Source: Candidatus Pacebacteria bacterium CG_4_9_14_0_2_um_filter_40_15 (lineage in GTDB: Bacteria; Patescibacteriota; Microgenomatia; UBA1400; PJMF01). Taken from it: DNA of 64,000 bases. A model generated the notes under the pieces. It ran no database searches and was not told the DNA's origin. It saw only the letters and a program-made list of their open reading frames with translations. Position numbers and translations under genes: made by a program. The DNA lies in NCBI GenBank assembly GCA_002788675.1, contig PFRS01000005.1:199767-263766 (forward strand), in the 5' to 3' direction. Below, piece by piece: positions 37,101-45,264 of this stretch (position 1 is the stretch's first letter; each line of letters begins with the position of its first letter).

Positions 37101-37482
37101 TACATTCAAAATCGGTAATTTTTTATACTTCATTTCATTCGCATCTCAATCTGAACAAGAAAAAGACGCAACCCTATTGACTGTATCTCAGAGCTATGAC
37201 GCCGGATGGATCGCATTCTCTTATTCAGCATTCCCAACCCCGCTACGACATGTGGAAGTAGATGGTTGGAAAAATGGATGGGAGATTCAAAATGGAAAAA
37301 ATGCACTCTTCATACTCTATTGGCCACAATTAGGTGTCTTTTTGGGATACATTTTGCTATTTATAGTGTTAAAACACGTTTACTTAGGTGTGAAATTAGA
37401 AAAAAGTGAAAATACTCAAAAAAAACGACGGGCACGACAACTGTACCGGGTGCCTAAAAAAATTCTGGGTGGCAAAAAATAA
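34150..37482 (+). CDS. 1110-aa polytopic membrane protein: N-terminal ~13-TM domain + ~650-aa extracytoplasmic domain + C-terminal TM; putative GT-C type (YfhO/ArnT-like) glycosyltransferase
   Basis: The topology is inferred from hydrophobic helices in aa 1-440 and one near the C-terminus. It is adjacent to the GtrB-like gene. Motif-level identity is not established. Confidence 0.4.
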   Translation: MIQRITQHFRRFFTPHIMLLALCWLAIVFTNFNPGTWLIGWDNLIPEVNIFLNLYKTIFSAWQSWQGLGIVGGIAHASELSRELILLPFALILPGELIRYIWTFAMLLVGMLGTYHLALWLLKESKHSTWIALVVAVAYTFNLATIQNFFVPLEAFSTFWGFFPLFLLTAFKLVKNPSKKSIFFFALIQFLGASAFHVQTMFIVYSLVLGIFTLASLISSRGQNIKALCVLWITLILVHFYWLAPVGYFTLTNAQQTVDSKQNSISTQEVFESNKAAGSLTNILRLKGYWFNYTDSNPNGTQYLMDAWEKHTNSLPVAVGSILISLVGIGGYILYLRSLDADTHVRTEYIVFFLTATLLAISMLTTGKGIVGLGYTVITKLPLLGQVFRVPFTKWSVVLSLFISIGIGYFLSYVTAQKKLLVMGATALFIALASIFSAAPLFSGGLFYSNVQLSLPSAYSHLFEELSTQPTTNRILYLPFDDFWGWMNHDWGYRGSGFIWYGIKQPIIDRNFDVWSVRNETLYTQLQQTLQTKNTAETEILLDKYDISLLLIDTSIQANQKRKQETADTIQALEKTGYISKIWEDDFLSLYKTTIESGELQVTHSEGIQPLEKRLITDTVAYAGSYYFDSNSQLHLPLQNLLTESISSQRMQVQNDQIVVPLLNQASKITIPSLEGMKQMYGIQLIGNKLTIEPIAPLHLLDTKTNTTRDIYSLTKMEYTFDTLGKKIYLDINDTLFTLNETEYRQIILPEIISQPVTMKISSAEDISTVDENTLQSTRYQELHVPSTLWQDLLSEKILESGPDEQLLLATLSELLPFDASDTVANNCDALSRGTTAKQITDQHTSVYTSNDFGIFCDGSSTQKMQANQDHFLKITATNTTGLPLRFYIKNNATETILLEQVLTDSANYFFVPQDISNGNLSVNIQNKSTGTLSKNTLIDVSLHELPIHLALLGKIKVSPVSSNAVETQSTEESPSDLSVSKFSTFKIGNFLYFISFASQSEQEKDATLLTVSQSYDAGWIAFSYSAFPTPLRHVEVDGWKNGWEIQNGKNALFILYWPQLGVFLGYILLFIVLKHVYLGVKLEKSENTQKKRRARQLYRVPKKILGGKK

Positions 37483-37544
37483 AACAACGGGCTAGTCCAT
37501 TTCACGCTACACTTCCTGTCACTTTCACCCCCTAAACTATACAT

Positions 37545-38411
37545 ATGTTCACACAGCTTAGGGAATCCTTTGCACACCTCATGAACCGCATGGGCTCAGG
37601 CGCCGCACTCTCGCTTATTTTTTTGTTCAGCGCTCCACTGTGGGTTCAGTCAACAGCCCGGGCTGAAGTGATCGTTACGGAGATAATGTCCAATCCATCA
37701 ACGGGCACTGAATGGATTGAGCTAACTACGAAAGGAGAAGAAACAGCTGATATTAGCAACTTTAAACTGTACGATGCTGTTTCTTCTCCTTCGCTCCTAG
37801 TTACGTTTCCAGAAAATACTATTCTGCACTCAAACACTGCCTCAGTAATTGAAATTGACTCAGCCAAACTCAACAATTCTGGTGATGCCGTGGTTCTCTA
37901 TACCCCAGAGGGTACCGAAGTATTCAACATTATCTTTGAAGCCAGTGAAAAAGGCCTGAGTTGGCAAAGAACCTTAAATGTACCTGCATACTTTCAAACA
38001 GAACCAAATCCTGGCGAATTTTCTGCTGAAATTGTATCTGCTGTTCCATCACCTTCAGCAGGACCATCTCCTGTACCTTCACAACAACCTGTCTCAGAGA
38101 ATCTGCCCCAAGAAGAAAACTCCAGTTCACAAACAACTCACGAGTTGACGGAAGAACTTATAGCTCAACAAACTGCTCTAGAATCAACACTCACCACGCT
38201 CCTAGGAAGAGACACATCATTTACTTATGAGCCTTTAGAAACTAAGCAGGACGTACAATCCAACAACGCAGAACCTCAGACGTTTACTCGTAAACAACTG
38301 TTTGAACCGCCAAGATCTAGTGCTGTTTCACTTATAGGAGGTGGTATACTTATCTCAAGTGTAAGTTATATAGTCCTGTATGTTTTGGAACAAAAAGAAA
38401 TCTTTCCTTAG
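37545..38411 (+). CDS. Lamin-tail-domain (LTD) containing secreted protein with Pro/Ser linker and C-terminal TM anchor
   Basis: AEVIVTEIMSNPSTGTEWIELTTKGEETADISNFKLYD...NSGDAVVLYTPEGTEV fits the LTD pattern (I.E..NP..GD.EWIEL.N......L.G..L.D). There is a signal peptide and a C-terminal helix ISSVSYIVLYVL. Confidence 0.5.
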   Translation: MFTQLRESFAHLMNRMGSGAALSLIFLFSAPLWVQSTARAEVIVTEIMSNPSTGTEWIELTTKGEETADISNFKLYDAVSSPSLLVTFPENTILHSNTASVIEIDSAKLNNSGDAVVLYTPEGTEVFNIIFEASEKGLSWQRTLNVPAYFQTEPNPGEFSAEIVSAVPSPSAGPSPVPSQQPVSENLPQEENSSSQTTHELTEELIAQQTALESTLTTLLGRDTSFTYEPLETKQDVQSNNAEPQTFTRKQLFEPPRSSAVSLIGGGILISSVSYIVLYVLEQKEIFP

Positions 38412-38802
38412 CTCAATAAAAATTGCTGGTAAGCCGCTGTCTGTCTGGATTAATGCATTCCTACCACCTCTCCTTTGGGCAGGTGTTATTTTCTTTTTCT
38501 CATCAAGAAGTGAGCTGCCTTCAGCGTCATACTCATCCTTAGACTTTATCTTTAAAAAAATGGCTCACATCACTGTTTTTTCGGTATTGTTCATCTTTAT
38601 GGACAGAGGATTCAGAGTATATTCAAGAAATTATTCACTCAGAAAACATTGGTATTTACCGGTATTCATTTGTTTTGCCTATGCAATGAGTGATGAAATG
38701 CACCAATACTTCGTACCAAATCGGCACCAAACATTCAGAGATGTGGGGTATGATATGCTGGGTGTATTCACCATGTACCTCTATAAAACTGACCGCATCT
38801 AA
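38380..38802 (+). CDS. VanZ-like family membrane protein
   Basis: 4 TM. The conserved block AMSDEMHQYFVPNRHQTFRDVGYDMLG resembles the VanZ DE.HQ.F.P.R....D...D..G signature. Confidence 0.55.
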   Translation: MFWNKKKSFLSSIKIAGKPLSVWINAFLPPLLWAGVIFFFSSRSELPSASYSSLDFIFKKMAHITVFSVLFIFMDRGFRVYSRNYSLRKHWYLPVFICFAYAMSDEMHQYFVPNRHQTFRDVGYDMLGVFTMYLYKTDRI

Positions 38803-38910
38803 TGTTGATAAAACATGAACAACAAACACTTCCTAGACAATACTAATTCAAATAGACTACAATAGAAATACTTATATTGTCTATAATTTGCCCGTAGATC
38901 CAAGTAAAAT

Positions 38911-38959
38911 AGAGACTGAATCTTGACAACTATTTTTAGTAGATTACACTACAGTCTCT
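38911..38959 (+). promoter_or_regulatory. hup promoter (TTGACA-16-TACACT) embedded in an 8-bp inverted repeat AGAGACTG...CAGTCTCT
   Basis: The inverted-repeat arms bracket the -35/-10 region. It is a possible operator. Confidence 0.4.
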
Positions 38960-39010
38960 AACTTAAGTTTTTGAAACAAAAATAAATATAAATGGTTTAG
39001 AAAGGTCTTT

Positions 39011-39286
39011 ATGACTAAATCACAATTGGTAGACGTTATCGCAAAAAAAGCGCATCTTACAAAAAAAGCTTCCACTGAGGCAATCGAGGCTCTCTTTGAA
39101 GAGGTTACTCGTTCACTTGCAAAAGGTGACAAAGTTGTTATTTCAGGATTTGGAACTTTTTACGTGAGCCAAGTTCGCGATAAACAAGTTGTTCCATTCG
39201 GTGATGAATCAAAAAGACAAACAATCCGAGGTCACAGAGTTATTAACTTCCGTGTAGGAAAACCTCTTAAAAAAGCTGTGTGGTAA
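39011..39286 (+). CDS. hup: DNA-binding protein HU
   Basis: MTKSQLVDVIAKKAHLTKKASTEAIEALFEEVTRSLAKGDKVVISGFGTF...; matches the HU/IHF fold. Confidence 0.85.
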   Translation: MTKSQLVDVIAKKAHLTKKASTEAIEALFEEVTRSLAKGDKVVISGFGTFYVSQVRDKQVVPFGDESKRQTIRGHRVINFRVGKPLKKAVW

Positions 39287-39310
39287 ACGCTACGTTACTT
39301 TAAAAATGTA

Positions 39311-39340
39311 AGAGCCCTTCCACACGAAGGGCTCTTTTTG
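39311..39340 (+). terminator. Rho-independent terminator (AGAGCCCTTC-cacac-GAAGGGCTCT + T5)
   Basis: 10-bp stem with a U-run. Confidence 0.8.
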
Positions 39341-39394
39341 TGATCAAGATTGCTCTGAGTTAGTGCTACACTACTTGATGTATATAAAAAAAAT

Positions 39395-40195
39395 GTGTTA
39401 AAAAAATACCTTGCAATCTATCGCTACATGTTTATTCGCTCACTCCAATTTAGAACTGAGTTAGTCATTTACGTGCTCCTCGATATTCTGCCATTTTTTG
39501 TGCTCTTCTTTGTGTGGCAGGCAGCATTTTCTGGTAAAACTGAGATTAATTCATTTACGCTTCCCCAAATCACACAGTACTACTTCTTAGTAATGATTAT
39601 TGAGCGCGTCACTTCTACCTACTTTGAGAACTGGCGTGCAACAGAAATTAGAGAAGGAAAAATTGATTACTTTCTTACTCGTCCATTCTCCTACATCAAC
39701 GACGTCTTTTCAAAAGATGTAGGTGGCAAACTGGTTAGTCTTGCTATTAGTTTGCCTGGTCTGGCCGTTGCGTTTTTTTTAATTAGTTTGGTGCTCCCTG
39801 TGGCGCCACTTTCAGTGGCGCCACACCAAATCTTTATCTTCATTTTCTTTATGATTACGGGATACCTCATCCAGTTCATGATTGCGTTGTGGATTGTATT
39901 GCTTACTTTTTGGTTTGAAGGCTCATCCGGGCTTGAGCATTTTAAATGGATTTCAGTTTCACTTTTCAGTGGAGCTATGATTCCCACAACATTCATGCCA
40001 ACTTGGATTCAATCGGTGTACCAATTTTTACCACTCAAATATATTTTTGCTGTTCCGATTACCTATCTTCAAGGGACGCTTTCACTTACTCCAGGTATGT
40101 TCCTTGAATTAGCAATAGCACTACTCTGTATGTTTGGTATAACCAGAGTGTTCTGGCACTACGCGCTCTATCAATATAGTTCTGCAGGTGGATGA
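39395..40195 (+). CDS. ABC-2 type transporter permease, paralog 1 (COG4587/COG3694-like)
   Basis: 6 TM. The C-terminal YQYSSAGG motif is shared with the other paralogs. Confidence 0.6.
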   Translation: MLKKYLAIYRYMFIRSLQFRTELVIYVLLDILPFFVLFFVWQAAFSGKTEINSFTLPQITQYYFLVMIIERVTSTYFENWRATEIREGKIDYFLTRPFSYINDVFSKDVGGKLVSLAISLPGLAVAFFLISLVLPVAPLSVAPHQIFIFIFFMITGYLIQFMIALWIVLLTFWFEGSSGLEHFKWISVSLFSGAMIPTTFMPTWIQSVYQFLPLKYIFAVPITYLQGTLSLTPGMFLELAIALLCMFGITRVFWHYALYQYSSAGG

Positions 40196-40995
40196 GGTTT
40201 ACTATGAAAAAATACTGGCACCTTTTTTGGCATTTTAGAAAAGTCGACTTCATGCGCATGATGGAGTATCGAACAGACTTCGTCTTTTGGCTCATTGTCT
40301 CACTTATGTGGACTGCATTTAACTACTTCTTCTTCTTTCTTATTTTTGGAACAACTGAAAGTGTGGCTGGATGGTCACACCAGGAATTAGTAATTGTACT
40401 TTCGTTCTTTACCATGATAGACGCACTAACCTGGTCCGTGTTTTACGCCAACATGACACAATACACTCAATCTGTTTTTTCTGGTGAACTCAGCAAATAC
40501 TTACTTCAACCGGTAAGTACAATTTTTCTACTCACAACACAACGAATGAGTTACAACAACATTCCACGATTCCTCATTGGACTCATTGTATTAGTCATTA
40601 CGGCTGTAAAGATGGATATTTCCGTCTCTATGATGGAACTAGCGCTCATTGTAGTTCTTTTTATATGCGGGGCGGTTTTCATCTATTCTGGTTGGTTCAT
40701 TCTTGCCACACTCTCGCTTTGGGTAGACAAGCTGCAAAATATCAATGATATTATGCCCGGCTTCCGTCGTGTATACCAAATCCCTAGACAAGTATTCACT
40801 GGGGTAACTGCTCTCACCTTCACCTTTATTTTCCCCTTAGGCCTGATTACATCACTTCCAAGCGAAATACTCACTGGTAAAAATCCACCAGTGTTGCTTA
40901 TTCTTTATTTTATCGTAGCTACAACTTGTCTGGCTTTAACAGCACGTGCATTTTTTAAGTATTCAATTAAACAGTATTCAAGTGTCGGCGGATAA
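40192..40995 (+). CDS. ABC-2 type transporter permease, paralog 2
   Basis: 6 TM with N-terminal KKYWHLF and C-terminal KQYSSVGG. It overlaps the upstream gene by 4 nt. Confidence 0.6.
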   Translation: MRFTMKKYWHLFWHFRKVDFMRMMEYRTDFVFWLIVSLMWTAFNYFFFFLIFGTTESVAGWSHQELVIVLSFFTMIDALTWSVFYANMTQYTQSVFSGELSKYLLQPVSTIFLLTTQRMSYNNIPRFLIGLIVLVITAVKMDISVSMMELALIVVLFICGAVFIYSGWFILATLSLWVDKLQNINDIMPGFRRVYQIPRQVFTGVTALTFTFIFPLGLITSLPSEILTGKNPPVLLILYFIVATTCLALTARAFFKYSIKQYSSVGG

Positions 40996-41025
40996 CCGCT
41001 ATACTACTAAGGTAACAAAGGATCA

Positions 41026-42027
41026 ATGTCAAAACCACCAATAATCTCTATCACAAACTTAAAGAAACATTTTAAGGTCTATAAAAAGAAACCCGGACTT
41101 TGGGGTTCTATTCAATCGCTCTGGCATCGCGAGTACGAAGTTGTTAAAGCTGTTGACGGCATTTCTTTTGATATTGCTGAAGGTGAGATTGTTGGCTTTA
41201 TTGGTATGAACGGAGCTGGTAAAACTACAACGCTTAAAATGCTATCTGGGCTCTTATACCCAACCGAGGGTCAACCAAGTGTGCTAGGCTACAACCCTTG
41301 GGAACGAAAAGCATCGTTCCAAAAACAATTTGCACTGGTCATGGGACAAAAAAATCAGTTGTGGTGGGATCTTCCAGCAGTTGAAACATTTTATCTTAAT
41401 AAAGCCATCTATGAAATTCCCGACGAACAGTTCGAAAAGACACTCAAAAAATTGGTAAAACTTTTGGATGTGGAAGATATTATTCGCATTCAAGTCCGTA
41501 AACTTTCACTTGGTCAACGTATGAAGTGTGAGCTCATTGCAGCACTCCTTCACAATCCAAAGGTCCTCTTCCTAGATGAGCCAACCATAGGGCTCGATGT
41601 GGTCATGCAAAAAACACTTCGAGACTTTATTAAAGCTTACAACAAAGAATTTGGCGCAACAATTATCTTAACCAGTCACTACATGGATGATGTCAAAGAA
41701 CTCTGTGAACGTGCAATCATTATTGATCATGGTAAAAAGATCTTCGACGGAAAACTGCAAGATATTATTGATAAGTATGCTCGGAATAAAAAACTCTCAC
41801 TCGTCTTCTCAGAACCTGTTACCAAAAAAGACCTGCAAGCATTTGGTGATCTTAAAGAGTTTAGTGACGACGGTTCTCACTACACAGCTACCCTACTGGT
41901 GGCAAGAAAAAAGGCTACAGCAGTCGCAGCACAAGTCCTTTCTAAATTTCCTGTCGTAGACGTCACAATCGAAGAACCACCAATTGAGGCAATTATTAGA
42001 GAAGTTTTTTCAAAAGAAGGTTCATGA
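41026..42027 (+). CDS. ABC transporter ATP-binding protein (uncharacterised exporter family, COG4586-like)
   Basis: Walker A GMNGAGKTTTLKM, signature LSLGQRMKCELIAAL and Walker B LFLDEPTIGLD, with a C-terminal extension domain. Confidence 0.85.
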   Translation: MSKPPIISITNLKKHFKVYKKKPGLWGSIQSLWHREYEVVKAVDGISFDIAEGEIVGFIGMNGAGKTTTLKMLSGLLYPTEGQPSVLGYNPWERKASFQKQFALVMGQKNQLWWDLPAVETFYLNKAIYEIPDEQFEKTLKKLVKLLDVEDIIRIQVRKLSLGQRMKCELIAALLHNPKVLFLDEPTIGLDVVMQKTLRDFIKAYNKEFGATIILTSHYMDDVKELCERAIIIDHGKKIFDGKLQDIIDKYARNKKLSLVFSEPVTKKDLQAFGDLKEFSDDGSHYTATLLVARKKATAVAAQVLSKFPVVDVTIEEPPIEAIIREVFSKEGS

Positions 42028-42839
42028 AAACCACAACAATTAAGAAGTACTGGGCACTCCTCACAATCTCCTGGGAAAATGGGTTGGTGTATCGCATGTC
42101 AGTTTTTATGTGGCGCCTGCGGCGCTTCTTGGCCGCTGTTATGGCATTAACTATTTGGTCGACAATCTATACCAGTGCTGCTCCCGAAGCCACCACCTTT
42201 GGGTATGCCCAGTCAGACATGATCAGCTATATTTTTCTTATTTCAATTCTCCAAAGTTTGGTACTGGCAACGGCACTCAATGGCCTGGCCCAGGATGTGT
42301 ATAGCGGTGCAATCAGCAACCAACTTCTTAAACCACTAAGCCTTACAGTTTACTTAATCATGCAAGACCTTGCAGATAAACTTAAAAATGCGTCAGCGTT
42401 GCTCTTTGAAATTATTGCATTATTTCTCATCTTTAAGCCTGTAGTTCACTTGCCAGATCTTCCCACTCTTGGTATTTTTATTGTTTGGACACTGGCAGCA
42501 ATTGTCCTTAATTTCTGTATTTCACTACTCTTTGGAAGTCTTGGCTTCTGGAGTCCTGAAACTTGGGCTCCACGATTTTTGTTTTATACGTTACTCCAAT
42601 TTACTGCTGGGCAGCTTTTTCCACTTGATGTTTTACCCACAATTTTTCAAAAAGTTATGTACGCAACACCATTTCCTTATCTATCGTTTGTACAAACACA
42701 ATTATTTTTACAAAAACTCACACTATCAGAAATTCAACTTCATTCGATGGTACTCCTCGGCTGGGTTGCAGTATTAGCCTTTCTTGCACAAGGTATTTGG
42801 AAAAGGGGACTGCGTGACTATGACGCAGCAGGCAGATAA
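42024..42839 (+). CDS. ABC-2 type transporter permease, paralog 3
   Basis: KKYWALL N-terminus, 6 TM and C-terminal RDYDAAGR. Confidence 0.6.
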   Translation: MKTTTIKKYWALLTISWENGLVYRMSVFMWRLRRFLAAVMALTIWSTIYTSAAPEATTFGYAQSDMISYIFLISILQSLVLATALNGLAQDVYSGAISNQLLKPLSLTVYLIMQDLADKLKNASALLFEIIALFLIFKPVVHLPDLPTLGIFIVWTLAAIVLNFCISLLFGSLGFWSPETWAPRFLFYTLLQFTAGQLFPLDVLPTIFQKVMYATPFPYLSFVQTQLFLQKLTLSEIQLHSMVLLGWVAVLAFLAQGIWKRGLRDYDAAGR

Positions 42840-43633
42840 TGCACAGCTACACAAAATATTGGCATGTATGGAAAACTATTGCCATTAATGCACTGCAAAC
42901 AACTTTTGTAAATCGAGGATCAAACGTATTCTTTTTTATTGGGAAGGCACTACGACTTGCTTTCATGCTTCTCTTTCTTTGGATGCTTAGAAACACTGTC
43001 AAAACAATTGGCGGCTATACCAGCGATGAAATGGTTGTATTTTTTTTGGTTTATCAATTTATTGATACCGTCCCACAAATACTCTATCGTGGTGTCTACC
43101 TCTTTAGTAACCTGGTACGCACCGGTGAATTTGACTTTATGCTCCTACGACCAATCAATCCCTTATTTGGGGCTTTAACAGGCAAACCAGACATCAATGA
43201 TGCACTCTTTCTCATTCCCTCCACTGCCTTAAGCTTATGGATCATCTCACAATTATCACTAACCATAACAACTGCATCGGTAGCGCTCTTTTCGATATTG
43301 ATGCTTAATAGTATTATTCTTGCCACAGCGCTCCATATTTTAGTCCTAGTTGTCGGCATTTTAACCACTGAGGTTGATGGCGTTATATGGATGTATCGAG
43401 ATGTATCTCGAATGGCACAATTCCCTGTTTCAATCTACTTCGAGCCGCTGAGATCCCTACTCTACTTTATCGTCCCAGTAGGAATTATGGTAACTATCCC
43501 TGCTGAAGTACTTTTGGGTAAACACTCTCTGTATGTGGTTCTGTTTAGTTGTCTATTTAGTGGTGGATTCATGTTCCTTTCACTTAAACTATGGAATTGG
43601 AGTTTAACCAAGTATCAGAGTGCGAGTAGTTAA
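42839..43633 (+). CDS. ABC-2 type transporter permease, paralog 4
   Basis: TKYWHVW N-terminus, 6 TM and C-terminal TKYQSASS. Confidence 0.6.
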   Translation: MHSYTKYWHVWKTIAINALQTTFVNRGSNVFFFIGKALRLAFMLLFLWMLRNTVKTIGGYTSDEMVVFFLVYQFIDTVPQILYRGVYLFSNLVRTGEFDFMLLRPINPLFGALTGKPDINDALFLIPSTALSLWIISQLSLTITTASVALFSILMLNSIILATALHILVLVVGILTTEVDGVIWMYRDVSRMAQFPVSIYFEPLRSLLYFIVPVGIMVTIPAEVLLGKHSLYVVLFSCLFSGGFMFLSLKLWNWSLTKYQSASS

Positions 43634-43676
43634 TCACAGTGAGGCATTTGCCAATTTTTTGAATGATATAACAAAA

Positions 43677-43704
43677 CAGGCCCCGAGTTTTCTCGAGGCC
43701 TGTT
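43677..43704. terminator. Hairpin CAGGCCCCGAG-tttt-CTCGAGGCCTG between convergent ABC locus and rpsI
   Basis: 10/11-bp inverted repeat with TTTT in the loop. There is no trailing U-run. Confidence 0.4.
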
Positions 43705-43738
43705 CCAATATGCTTTGAATTGAAAATCCAAGACGCTG

Positions 43739-44263
43739 TTAACGCTTTGGAGATTGTCGTTTGCTACGAGCACTACCACCCATACCAATTTTTCGAGTTT
43801 CTTTCATTCTGTCATCTCTAGTGAGAAGTCCAGAAGGTTTCAAAAGGTTCTTGAATGTAGGATCGTATGCTACTAATGCGCGAGCAATTCCATGAATCAT
43901 TGCACCCATTTGTGCAGATGGACCAGAACCACTTACTAATACACTTACTCCAAACTTACCTTTAGTACCAGTAAGTTCAAATGGAACGTTGTATTTGCTA
44001 TGTGCATTAACAATAGTAATAAAGTATTTACCAACGACTTTACCGTTAACAACAAAATCACCACCGTCTTCGTAGATACGAACACGGGCAGTTGCTACTT
44101 TCCGACGACCAACTGCTTCAATGTACTTACCTGTAGGTAATGTAACTGATGGATCAACGGTCATTGATGTACTACTCACTACTCGAGCACGAGTAGATTT
44201 CTTACGTTTAGACTTAACGATTTTTTGTACTTTGTTGTTCTTTTTGCTTAACTTAAGTGCCAT
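43739..44263 (-). CDS. rpsI: 30S ribosomal protein S9 with ~40-aa Lys-rich N-terminal extension
   Basis: GRRKVATARVRI...; C-terminal ...RSKRQSPKR. Confidence 0.9.
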   Translation of the reverse strand: MALKLSKKNNKVQKIVKSKRKKSTRARVVSSTSMTVDPSVTLPTGKYIEAVGRRKVATARVRIYEDGGDFVVNGKVVGKYFITIVNAHSKYNVPFELTGTKGKFGVSVLVSGSGPSAQMGAMIHGIARALVAYDPTFKNLLKPSGLLTRDDRMKETRKIGMGGSARSKRQSPKR

Positions 44264-44275
44264 AGTGTTTCTCTC

Positions 44276-44695
44276 TTACTTTTTAAAGTGAGTTGCGTGT
44301 GGGTGTTCAGCTCCTGCAAAAACTTTCATACGAGTCATACGTGGACTCTGTAATTTGTTTTTAGGAAGCATGTTCTTCACAGCTTTTTCAATAATTCTCT
44401 CTGGGAAAGTTTCTCTCAGTTCACCTAAAGTGCGAACTTTCAAGCCACCAGGAAATCCAGAGTGTCTGTAGTACTTTTTATCATCCTCTTTATTGCCAGT
44501 TACAGCTATTTCAGCAGCATTGATAACTACTACGAAGTCACCTGCATCAATATGAGGAGTGTAGTCTTTTTTTTGTTTTCCGATTAATAACTCAGCAATT
44601 TCTGAAGCAAGTCGACCTAAAACTTTGTCCTTGGCATCGATAAGATGCCATTCTCGCTTCACATCACTGGTTTTTTGCATGAATGTCTTTTGCAT
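44276..44695 (-). CDS. rplM: 50S ribosomal protein L13
   Basis: WHLIDAKDKVLGRLASEIA. Confidence 0.9.
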   Translation of the reverse strand: MQKTFMQKTSDVKREWHLIDAKDKVLGRLASEIAELLIGKQKKDYTPHIDAGDFVVVINAAEIAVTGNKEDDKKYYRHSGFPGGLKVRTLGELRETFPERIIEKAVKNMLPKNKLQSPRMTRMKVFAGAEHPHATHFKK

Positions 44696-44706
44696 GATGT
44701 GTTTCT

Positions 44707-45222
44707 TTATTTAGATTCTTTCTTACTTGTCTTCTTTGCTGCAGTTGTTGCTTTTGCCTTTGCTGGCTTTTTCTCAACTACTTTTTTAGCTGGAGCTTTT
44801 TTCTCAGCAACTGCTGATGAAGCCTCAACTGTCTTGGTTGTGTTCTTAAGTGTTCCAAGAACTTCTGGCTTCTCAACGAGTGAGAGAGTCATAAGTTTGG
44901 TGTTGTCACCTCTGCGAGTACCACTTGCTTTTAATGTTGTGAAACCTGAGATTCTTTCTTTAAACACTGGAGCGATTCTATCAACGAGTGTATTTACAAC
45001 GTCACGCTTACCAAAAAAGGTGTGTAAAAGTCTTCGGTTTGCATTTGATTCAACACGAGCCTTACCAATTAATTTATCAGCAATCCGTTTCGTTTCTTTA
45101 GCTTTAGCTTCAGTTGTTGTTATTTCGCCAACTTCAATTAAAGAACGCACTAAGTTACGAAGTAACATTTTACGGTGATTAGTATCACGATTTAAGTGTT
45201 TGCCTTTTACTCTATGTCTCAT
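44707..45222 (-). CDS. rplQ: 50S ribosomal protein L17 with Lys/Ala-rich C-terminal tail
   Basis: MRHRVKGKHLNRDTNHRKMLLRNLV. Confidence 0.9.
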   Translation of the reverse strand: MRHRVKGKHLNRDTNHRKMLLRNLVRSLIEVGEITTTEAKAKETKRIADKLIGKARVESNANRRLLHTFFGKRDVVNTLVDRIAPVFKERISGFTTLKASGTRRGDNTKLMTLSLVEKPEVLGTLKNTTKTVEASSAVAEKKAPAKKVVEKKPAKAKATTAAKKTSKKESK

Positions 45223-45264
45223 AATTTCCTAGTCAGTCAGATATTCTATCAACCATTGGATAGA

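Noticed and set aside
43640-43740. Possible origin/terminus signal at the strand-switch between the plus-strand block and the minus-strand ribosomal block
   Set aside because: Only a convergent-gene hairpin is visible here. There are no DnaA boxes or dif-like site, and the window has no dnaA/dnaN context to support an origin call.
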